DNA of 64,000 bases from Catajapyx aquilonaris. Lineage: Eukaryota. Below are positions 54,001-64,000 of this stretch, one piece after another. The stretch's first letter is position 1, and every line of letters starts with the position of its first letter. The notes beneath the pieces are model-generated. The model ran no database searches and had not been told where the DNA came from. It saw only the letters and a program-made list of their open reading frames with translations. A program made the position numbers and the translations under genes. The DNA lies in the NCBI GenBank assembly GCA_000934665.2, contig KZ538176.1:1-64000 (forward strand), written 5' to 3'.

Positions 54001-57000
54001 CTAATCCAGCTGCAGTTATGCTAAATGGCTGCTTATTTATTGAAAATGAGTCGGAGGCGTCCAGATGCCCACATTTCCAATCACCCTGTAGAGCACAGCG
54101 GGAGAAATGCAGTCATTCTACCACGTTTATGGAGGCCACTCCATTGAAATCGGCAGCATCCACCCTTTTTCTTTTCGCCTCAACCTCCTTTCGGTCCGGC
54201 AAAGGGAAAGGGAAAGGTAGCAGCTAACAGACATAACTACGTGTGGTACGTAAGTCAGCCATCCTTGTCCGAATTGGAAGCACCTGCCCAGTGAAGGTGT
54301 TGAAGCCCACACGTGGTGTGCACTTCGCACAGATGCATTTTATAAGGCGCAACTGCTACGATAACCAGATGCCAAAGTGCCCGCCTCCGCTCTGATTTCT
54401 CGCTACTTACATGGCTGTGCCAGTCCAAATAACGAAAAAAAAATGTGGTGCTTAGCTGCACATTTATGGAAGTACCTCTTAGCTCTCCCTTCACAAATCG
54501 GATAATTTACAAGTACAAATTATGTCACAAATAGAACACTTGAAACGGTGAAAGTTGGAGGATAAACGCATGAAAGAGCTATTTAGCAACCGGTGACATC
54601 CATAACTGGATTGCTGCAATGGTCATTTGTTACATCTCCATTGTGAATACATTGTGCTGGATGACAACTACTCAGTTACGGGGAGACAACACAATATATT
54701 TTCGCAAACGTAATGAACCCCGCATTGCACTGCTGTTTCCTTTTTAAAAGGACGATTGTGTCTTTAGATTGCAAATCTTCGAATCCCCCACCACCGTTTA
54801 GCAATTAAAATCGCCGCCAATAAAATCGGATCCCAGTCTTGATACGAAATGCATGGAATTTATGCAAAGCAATCATTTGCATAATAAGCAATTGAAACGT
54901 TTCATTAGTACATTATCAAACCCAAAGCCGTTTCGTCAATGGAAATTTTGACGCAAGCGCTCCCTCGATAAAGCAACCCAGCACAATACGTCAGTGTCAA
55001 CCTCCGCGTCACTTCAGTCCGTGACATTGCAAGAGTCCCCCTGATAAAAATTCGTCCTCTATTTACCAAGGCTACTGGCCAAAAACCGCACACCACCAGC
55101 ACTTCAGGATGCCTCTGACCTCTTGACTAGCAGATGTGAATGGCCCCCAGGTAGACCCCACCGAACACTCGACTTATTCGGGCAGGGCAGTCACGCGGAA
55201 AAGCGAATGCCAGGAGAAGATGTTAACCACGGGGTCTGACTCAGACCAAGAAAAGCGGCTCAGCAAGCCGTCATCGCCCGGATTTAAACTGTAGCGCCCG
55301 GGGGACACCTGTCCTCTCAAGAAACATACTCCTCAGTGGTCAGCGCACCACCCTGTACTGATGACGTGTCCTCCAGCTTCTCCGCACCGCCTTTCACAAA
55401 ACACCACACTGCGCAACTGTCTCACCATCTCTGAAAAAAAAGTGGACAGAAAACATGCCTCCCTGGGTTCATGACTCGGGTTGAGGCAAGCCACGAGTAC
55501 CCAAAAAAAGATAGCGCCTTAAAGCAAACAGAATTACGCAACCTTGCCTCAGTTCTATTGCTTAACTTGGCTTCTTTCGGACGCGAAAAGAAACGTCTCC
55601 GAATTTAGACCCTACCGTACAGTCCGTTTCCTTTAATTTTAGATTACAGTCCGGCCGTGCACCTGAACTCTCTTGATGGGCTACCTCAAAAGTACTGTAC
55701 GGCTGACCAAAATATTCACAGCACAGTATGGATTCGGCTGATAAAAGACGTGACATTGGGGTGCTATCAGACCTTTTTCCTGATGCAAACAACGGTACAG
55801 ATAAAGCCGCCCTCCGAAACGGCACGGTGTATACCCTTTTTTACACAATGCGGTAGTCGGAGGAAGCATAATGGGTGCATTCAAAGCTTCCCGACGAACC
55901 GCAACTGTCACCCACATTGACACAGTGCATGTCTCTCCAGTGAGTTTTCCCTCCCAGTGGCGGAATAAAACTACTCGGATGCGAAGAGATCACTCTTCAT
56001 GCCTCGTTGAATTCGAACAGCCTACTCGTCCCCAAAGAGGATTGGGGGAGACCCATTGTCGATCCCACAAAAGCTGCAGAAAATAACTTCCGTGTCAATA
56101 TTTTGGTGGAATGTCCTGTTGTGCCAAAGAAAATAAAAATATACGCAGTTTTTATCGCGTGATACACCTTATCGTTCATTCGTAATCCCCACTTTTCGTT
56201 CCAAGGAAATTGTTTATAATGACAATTGCATCAGAAGCAGTCTCGTGATGCGCAATGAGGCGGAAAGTCATGAGTCAGGCGGCTTATACCACCAGGACTG
56301 CGGTCAATCAACCTCAGCTCAACAGGTGCCTACCGAATCCGATTGCTCTAAACGTTCTACTAGCCCCCGAATATTCATCACCTTTACAGCAAGGGTCATC
56401 ACCCAACTTCAGGCGAAGAATTTCACACCCTTCAGAATACGAAAAGAAAGTCTCCAATCCTCATAAGCACCATCCCGCCGAATTTACCACCTTCACCAAT
56501 TTGAGCCCCATACAAATGAACCATCGTTTACATTGCAAATGTAATTTCACTTTTGCCTTGGTACGAGACTTGTATTCATTTCAATGAATACACACAAATG
56601 TCTCCAGTGCTGGACATTGGTAGTGTCCAGCACTGCTGTATATTATATCGCTCAAAAACATATAGAGACGATTTTGCATTTGACTCAAGTGCAGCCTGCA
56701 CTTGAATCAAATGCAAAATCGTCTCTGTTTTTGAGCGATATATACAAAGGCAGCCAAAATTTCAATCTAAAACTGTTCTGAGACAACCAACCTGTCTCTC
56801 AGCATCCTTTTTCCTTGCCCTCAACTCCGGAGACGAGTCACTCCTGAGCACCGGATTCCTCCCAGCCACCACCTCCCACCTCCTCTTCACCCCCTGGTTA
56901 GAAGCCCTGAATCCGGGGGCTAGCCAGGGCAAGCTGGGCGGACTGGGCGCCTTAGGGGGCGGCAACACGTACAACATCGGAGAAGACACTGTCCCGCTTA

Positions 57001-60000
57001 CTCACACATCCGGACACCNNNNNNCCCCCCCCCCCCCCCCAGGTTTTTTCACCTCCACGTGTTTCACTGCAACTGGTCACTTTCCTGCATTGGTGGCCAG
57101 AAGACGAATGGGTCAGAAAGGATCAACAGCCTTGTCCATATCTGAGCTCTCCCCAAGGTGAGCGCTCGCCATCTCATGCCCTTTCCCGTAAACAAAGGAG
57201 CCTCGAGGAATCAGAAAAACGGGCACTTGCCGGATGCTAACGTCCTCCAGGCAATTCTGGTTCTTCCACCTTAACCCCCCCATACCCCCCTCAATATAAA
57301 TCTCCCTTTGGCTACTACCAGGTATAGCGTGTACCGTCCCCGGAGGGTCACCTTTGTTCTCTGGAAAACTGTTTTCCCGTGGACTGATTCAAGACATTTG
57401 GTTCAGTAGGCTATCTTCGACTTCTTTGTTTACAACCTAAGAAATCACGCAAAAATTTCCCCCCTTCCTGTTCCCCCACTTCATTTACCCGAGATGGCCG
57501 CGACACTATTGTTATTTTTTCCAGAGCTCTACTTCACATTTCGTGCACATATAGAAAATCAACTGCAACCAAAAGTGCATAACGTGCTTTCACACCGGAA
57601 GTGCCCCAACACGAGCTCCAATCAGCAGAATTATTAAATCAACACGTCTGATAACAATCCTCACAACGTACCCAAAGTACCTGTGCACTACACCGGCACA
57701 ACCTCCAGGGACACCTCCCAGAAGCCAACTAACCCATGCACTGCGAGCAGCGCAGCGCTTGAAAAGAAATAAGAAAAAAAAACTCAGCCAAACAGGCGGT
57801 GGAAACCCTGCGCGCTGTTGACATACTCATGATGGCCAAAAAAATACCTCCGTTGCGAGTGTATACCGGTACATCATTTTTACACTCTGCTCCACTTATT
57901 TATATATATATTAAGACTGTGGATAAGACCCATTGTGCCATCACAATTTTGACTATTTCCCGCAGCAAGGTTGCGGTTTCGAGAGGCAGGCTGTGGTCAT
58001 GTCCAAGCACTTGCAAAAATAATGACATCAACGAACTGGGTCAGGTCCTAGTACCGAAATAACACCCGACCTTGCTTCGCACCAATTAAAAATATATGTC
58101 GAGAAAAATCGCCACGCCCTTCCGGATCAGTTTTATTTCAAGAGCTGCCGGTGACTGATACATGCAATTGGTTACCGCATTCCAGTTCAATAAACCATTC
58201 AATTTCTCAAGGATGACACGCCGAAACCCCCGGACAAAAAAAAAAAAAAAAAATGTACTGTTATGATCAATATGGCAACAGCTAGCCATGTTGCCGGACC
58301 TTTCGTATACAAAAAGTTCCTCCAAAACACGGTACTCCAAAAGGTCAATTCCATGACACGAAACGGCTTTCATCCCAAAATGTTAGGTGTGGAAAATGGC
58401 GTGGTCGTATCTCACTTTTCGACTGTTTCTCCTGACCTTGCATGCCACCAAGAAAGAGAAAAGTGGAGATACCCCAAGCAGAAGAACATACACACGGCAC
58501 AGCCTGACACATTGTTGTCCATGTTTACCCAACTGTGATCAAGTCTCAACCGAAACCAATTTTCCATCCCCCCCATGTCCGTTCCTATACGTTACCAACT
58601 CCACTTGTCCCACACCCAAACATCTGGCAGTCCCGGTACCCAAAATATCCTCGAATCTGGCTCCTCTCCCGCAAGTCCAAGCCCTGAATAAAGACTTGAG
58701 GATGTGCGGTTGTCCTTTTAAAGCCACATGCCAGGAGCCCTAGCGCTACCAACATTACACCTTACAACACGTGGGTATACCACCCATCTCTTCTGGGTTG
58801 GTACAAGGCAGGGTCAGGCGACCTTACATCTGATGAAATAAGGTCAGATATAAATAGTTCACCTACAATTTGGGGGGGTTAAAATGGAGCATATGTGGTG
58901 CCAAAATAGGTCCTGCCTTATTAGGTCTTGCGGACTGTACTGTAAAGCATGCAATGTTTTGATTCGTGAGGACCTGCAACTGACAAGTGAATGGCCTCTG
59001 GATCACCGGTGGTCAATCTGTGCACCCATCTGGAATGCTGCATCCTGGAGGCCAGGCTGAAATATGCTGGCCCTACCCATCCTTTGCCATGATTTTGAAA
59101 GAGCTAAAAAAAAAAAATGTCAAGTATTTCTGGCGCAACATGTAATGATGAGAAAGGATTACTAACGCTGATAATCTGGGGTTGACACAGGAATAAGGAA
59201 AGTCACCTGATTTCTACAGATTACTAATGATTTGCTCAATTAGCCTTATCGACAGACTGCGTTTTGTCCTATCAAAAAATCCACACATGCAATCACCTTG
59301 ACTCACTTTCAATTTGCTTTACAAGTATCATGAGGCTATCCATTGAACATATGTTCTACAAATGTGTGCCGGCTACCTCCCATCGCTGAATATTCATCTT
59401 ACCTAATGCAGTACAAAGTCTTTTGACCCCATTTTTGCCGAGTCATGGTGTAGGAGGACCTTATAGGGAGGCAATTGGTAAGCCCACACTGTTTACAATC
59501 TTCCATAATGTGGTGGAAATGCAGAGAAGTGTCGACACAAGCTGAAGAGCACCATTTAGAGGCAAAAATGCATCATGCATTCACAAGCCGTAACTGGCGT
59601 AACAGAATCCCTTAATTAGCTACAAAAAATTGTTCTACAGCAAAAACACTTACTCCACAAAACACCGTGTCCCTGAAATATATCACACTGCGTGATCTGC
59701 ACAGTGTTAATCATAGCTACTTTTTGAAGGTTACAGAGGGTGCAGAATGTTAGCCAAAGAAATGATAATATGGCATAGGCTATAAGAATAAAATGTGTCA
59801 TGTGAACTATTGTTAAGGACAACAGCCATGGACACCTCTCTTGAAGCTTCACTATTTTAACATGTTAATAATTACGGACTTATGCAATCTTGCAAAACTT
59901 CCTATTGTCACTTCCACATATCCAACCAAGGCCGGCCAATTATTCTTGAAGTTCTTGGTACACTTTGCAGCTCCCAAGAGCATTACAGAAAATTCCCTAA

Positions 60001-62225
60001 TCCCACAGAAACTTCAATTCCTAAGCACTTCATGAGCTCAACACAAGTTGCTGGTAACCTGATAAACTCAGAATATTGGAATATGGGCACACATCAGTGT
60101 CTTACATACTTCTGTAGATAACTGGAAGCCCCTCTCCGCAGAAGTTACTTCTCAGAAAATCAAGTTATTCCTATCACACACAAACTGGTCCACTAAACTT
60201 CTTGTACTCAACTGACAATGACAAATTTCAAATTGATGCATTGCATGTCACAGAAATATTACATCTGACAAGACTGAAAACACCCTGGGCATGTCAAAAT
60301 AATCTACATCACTCTGGTATCACATCATGCTTCATTTAATGTTCAAGACAATAGCCAGTTCTAAAACCATTACCTTGATTAATTTGTCTGCATGTATACA
60401 GTGAGACACCTGTCAGTCAGGCTGTTGTTTTAGCTCTTTTAAATGCAGACATTAATGTTTTTACACTTGCAAAACTCATTATTATAATAAAACCAAATGC
60501 AACTTGCGCCATGCAATGCCACCAGTCTGAAATCAGCGAACATTACTTTTCATTTGAAAACGTACACTCATCAGTTTGTGTACAAGCAGATGCATTGTAA
60601 AAAAGGTGAGATCATTATTTGTAACTCACCTCTGACTCACGTGCAAATTCAATTCCTCTCTAACAATTTTTTATATCTTATCTCTTCCAATGTCAAGTGC
60701 GTGATGGGGCACCTGATCTTTTCTTTATAACCATATCTTCCCTTATCACACACGTCACTGCCGACACCAAAAGAGTTACGTGAAGTCCAAGTACATCCTT
60801 TTCCAACTTTAACAAGTGGTGTTTATATTGAAATATTTCATCCTCTTTTGGGAAGCTTAAGTTTCTTTCACATGGCACACTTGGGGATAGCCTACATCCT
60901 AATTATTGCGCTGTTCATCAAGGTCCAATTATTGACCATGCAGCACCCATGTAAGAAATTAAGGAGTGCATATGACCCTTCACACAGCTCAATGTAACGT
61001 GCACGTTGTCAAACAGGTTACGTCAGGGACTGACGTTCTGCATGTGACGCCAAGTGTTATTGCTGTCACATTAATATCTGGTCATGACACTGCCCCTTCA
61101 GTAACTCGCGCTGGGAGCAGGTGCAAGGGACACGATTATTCATAACAAATCTAGTACATTATGCACTAGCATGTGGTGGTTGTGGCAGGAAATGCCCAGC
61201 ACATCCACCACGCACCACATCATGTTGGGTCATTTCAAAACAGGTTTGCTAAATGACTTGTTTGTCTTGGTGGACTCCAGATTGTCTCTTACAGTTTCCT
61301 GGCTGTCCCCCAAGTTTGGTTTTGACACCTCAGGATGCAAAAACAGTACAAATACAAGCAGTTCTTGGCATGTCAAAGTAGCTACACTGTGCCACTGTTC
61401 TGCAACAATCCAATCATTGCTCAACAGTGATGAATTGTGCACAAAAGCAATCGTAACAATACCATACGTTACACATTTTCTTGTGTTTGCAAATTTTTCA
61501 TGATCAATGCAGGTCTAGCACTTGGTATAGTCAGCCCAGCCTAACTTGCCATTGACGTCATCATTTTGTTTACCGACTCCTAGTCAACGGAAATCTGCCG
61601 AACGCACCCCCGGAGAACCTCCCACTTTTCCTGTTGCCATGGACAAATCTGCCGTCAGATGTAAGAAGACCGTAACTCAAAAACTGGTAAGGGTGAAAGT
61701 CGCATGCATGCCCTCCACTCTGAGTCAGGGGGGATTAGTGCAGGGCATGCATGCGACTTTCACCCTTACTAGTTTTTGAGTTACGCACTTCTTACATCTC
61801 ACAGCAGAAATGCTCTGCCGCAACAATACTAGTTAACAGTGTTCCCTTGTTGTAGATGTTTGCTCTTATTGTTGCATATCCGGGCATCTCCATGGAAACT
61901 TGCAAAGCGGGAGGTGCTCCAGGAGTGCGATCAGCAGATTACCGTTGACTACGATTTGGTCAGCAAAGCGATGAGGTTAGCATGGCCTGCCTATATGCTG
62001 TGCTCAGATATCAACAGCACCTCATGAGACCTGTTCAGTCCCTACGGCATATGCGACACCGTCTGCCCTTGTATCCGCATATGTTCCACCGTGACACACT
62101 GATGGTGAGGAAGTACAGCCTGTCCTGGTAGTACTCACCAGCATGTCTCCAGCTGCAGGGTCGTCGTCTGGTCCAGAGGAGGGCGAGGCCACCTCTGGCG
62201 TCCTCTCCACCGTTACCAGAGCCAT
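33072..62225 (-). CDS. ssh: Protein phosphatase slingshot (SSH-N, DEK-C and dual-specificity phosphatase domains, long low-complexity tail)
   Basis: Exon 62139-62225 gives MALVTVERTP, the typical SSH N-terminus. Exons 42986-43148 (LSECYFAVKGAALVL), 41525-41703, 41396-41461, 37437-37631, 37104-37373, 36725-36871, 35870-36315 (catalytic VHCKMGVSRS) and 33072-35041 splice in frame. A small bridging exon (phase 0 to 2) after the first exon is unresolved. Confidence 0.93.
38090..40350 (+). mobile_element. Heavily decayed Ty3/Gypsy-like LTR retrotransposon remnant (gag-protease-RT start) in an ssh intron
   Basis: In order on the + strand, across frameshifts: gag-like FFKRF...DDHEKAHLLVMKCAG (~38090-38180), protease-like HAFL[D]TG (~38470-38490) and ILGYDAL (~39161-39181), DRFQGKVG (~39376), RT-start-like HWTAP...RTCPTFRD (~39549-39623). 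No LTRs identified; boundaries uncertain. Confidence 0.45.
38896..39066. repeat. Minisatellite, 30-bp unit, ~5-6 copies
   Basis: Unit CTGATTGGCTGCCCGTAAGCATATGGTACG; each unit carries ATTGG (CCAAT on the minus strand). Confidence 0.9.
53871..54045. repeat. Long inverted repeat / MITE-like palindrome
   Basis: Arms ~53871-53952 and ~53964-54045 (~80 bp) are reverse complements with a few mismatches. Confidence 0.85.
56644..56742. repeat. Near-perfect ~100-bp palindrome
   Basis: TATATCGCTCAAAAAC...TCAAGTGCAG c CTGCACTTGA...GTTTTTGAGCGATATA; 1-nt spacer, one 4-nt indel, one mismatch. Confidence 0.88.
57019..57024. other. Assembly gap (6 N) next to a poly-C run
   Basis: nnnnnn followed by 16 C. 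Confidence 0.99.
61648..61808. repeat. Long inverted repeat / MITE-like hairpin
   Basis: Arms ~61648-61719 and ~61737-61808 (~70 bp) are reverse complements with few mismatches. Confidence 0.87.
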
Positions 62226-62745
62226 CGCGGACGCACCAGGGGTCGGGTCACCCGGGAGACGAGAAGGGGAGGGCCGAACAGGGGCAGCGGTGCTTCAGGG
62301 GCGGAGAGGAAGTGGTGGGGGGCGGCTACAGCACCCGGGGCAGATCCGAGGCGGTGGCAGGGACGAAGAGGTGTGTGAGAGGGGCAGATGACAGGCGGGA
62401 AGAGGGACCCTGCGCGGAGCAACCCGCGGCCATCTTGGGTAGGGAGCAACCCAGAACAGCGCCTGCGTCGACCTCTATCGGGGTGGGGCACAAACTACGC
62501 TAGTAGCAGCATTAAATTTTAGTAAATCATTTAAATGGAATGTAATTTAGCAGCGCTCCTAACATCACTACAGGGCTGGAAATATGCAGGGGGTAAACTG
62601 ATGGGAGCAGACGACGTGGAGTGGCCACCCTGCGCGTGATCCTCTCCCGTCATTGCAGCTGTATTGCGCAAATGGTCTGCACGCTGCATGTCCTGTGAGA
62701 GGATACACTTTTGAACTACGTGGTTTCTTCAGAGAGGGTGTCAGG
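62226..62745. promoter_or_regulatory. Putative bidirectional promoter between ssh and SBDS
   Basis: Divergent start codons 520 bp apart; GC-rich flanks around a short AT-rich core (~62511-62550). Confidence 0.65.
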
Positions 62746-63815
62746 ATGTCCAAGATATTCACGCCGACCAACCAGATCCGGCTGACCAATGTGGCGGTGG
62801 TCAGGATGAAGAAGGCGGGGATCAGGTTCGAGATTGCCTGCTACAAGAACAAGGTCATGTCCTGGAGGACTAAGGTGTACGTGGTTCATCAAGCTTTATT
62901 GGCACTGTTCGCATAAGTATGGGAGCATGGCAGTGACTGTCACTGAAAAACTTGCAGTTAGCAAAGCAGGACAGTAATCTTACAACTTATAAGTACGGAT
63001 AACTAGGCTAATGAGTTGTTAATTAAGATTATTGGACATTACAGAGAAACTGATATTGATGAGGTGCTACAAACACACACCGTTTTCACCAACGTATCAA
63101 AGGGACAGGTGGCGAAGAAGGAGGACCTGATCAAAGCATTCAAAAAGGAAGATCAGACCGAGATATGCACGGAGATCTTGTCCAAGGGAGAGCTCCAGGT
63201 GTCCGAGAAGGAGCGGAATGCGCAGATGGACTCCCTCCTAAAGGACATTGCCACGACTGTAGCTGACAAATGTGTCAACCCGGAAACAAAACGCCCCTAC
63301 CCTGTGTCCATCATAGAAAAGGCAATGAAGGATATCCACTTTTCCATCAAACCTAATCGGAATGCAAAGCAACAGGTACGTGACACAAACGCATGATGGT
63401 TGTGAGAGGAATTGGCATGCAGTCACATTTTTGGACCCTCGTTTTCTGTACAGGCACTGGAGGTGATAAAGCAGCTAAAAGAAGTAATGCCAATCGATCG
63501 AGCCCAGATGAGGCTTAAGGTCATGCTCAGCGGCAAGGAGAGTCGCAAGGTCAAAGACAAGATTGCCAAGCTGGCCTCTACAGTGGAGAGTGAGAATTGG
63601 GATGGTGCAGATTTCACTATGGTATGTGGCATTTCAGGTACAGTCACATTGTCCTGACTCGACTAAGGTACACTATTGCTTTGCAGATCTGCCTGATTGA
63701 CCCTGGACACTACCGTGAGGTGGATGAAGTTGTGCGTGCAGAAACAAGAGGACAGGGAAGATTAGACCTCCTTGACCTGAAGGAGGTGACAGAGGGAGAG
63801 GAGACACTGGAGTGA
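62746..63815 (+). CDS. SBDS: Ribosome maturation protein SBDS, 4 exons, 252 aa
   Basis: Exons 62746-62876, 63045-63375, 63454-63621, 63687-63815 splice in frame (759 nt). [23 protein letters not shown]...[10 protein letters not shown]...[14 protein letters not shown]...[11 protein letters not shown]. Confidence 0.97.
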
Positions 63816-63906
63816 TCATATGCATGAATTCGTAATCCATTGGCACTAATGTTTAATCCCACCCCCATTTTGTACCAGCGTTGTATCAATGTTAATAAAT
63901 TCAGTC

Positions 63907-64000
63907 TTAATTCTTTTGGCTTGCATCCTTGTCTGGACGGATGTAGATGGTCTCTTCCTTGCCTTCCAGTCGTGCAGCCAGACGTGCCACGATAAACAAG
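63907..64000 (-). CDS. MMAB: C-terminus of a probable corrinoid (cob(I)alamin) adenosyltransferase; partial
   Basis: Minus frame LFIVARLAARLEGKEETIYIRPDKDASQKN* resembles the PduO/MMAB C-terminal helix as recalled (LF.xAR.AA..EG..E.IY). Only 30 codons are visible and it is not in the ORF track. Confidence 0.72.
   Translation of the reverse strand, partial: LFIVARLAARLEGKEETIYIRPDKDASQKN

Noticed and set aside
44500..61600. Numerous 60-140 aa ORFs in the long ssh intron region
   Set aside because: No recognisable domains or spliceable chains; consistent with chance ORFs.

Overview
Eukaryotic, intron-rich genomic window, probably a non-holometabolous arthropod (inferred from the protein sequences, short GT-AG introns and a retained MMAB). 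Bases 1-31 kb hold a minus-strand tandem array of ten SEC14-like (CRAL-TRIO + GOLD) lipid-binding genes. Eight look intact, one runs off the window edge and one is internally deleted; two further decayed relic fragments lie between them. The copies fall into an apparent age gradient: canonical J, then I, then trio F/G/H, then young mosaic group A-E. Bases 33-62 kb hold the protein phosphatase slingshot (ssh, minus strand), with a ~19 kb first-intron region containing candidate alternative first exons and several long palindromes; a downstream intron holds a decayed Ty3/Gypsy-like element. At the right end SBDS (plus) is head-to-head with ssh and tail-to-tail with the 3' end of a probable MMAB gene, and their 3' ends probably overlap. 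A TSD-flanked tRNA-derived SINE, an 8-bp-TSD MITE, minisatellites and a 6-N gap are also present. All gene models were spliced by eye; no database searches were run.
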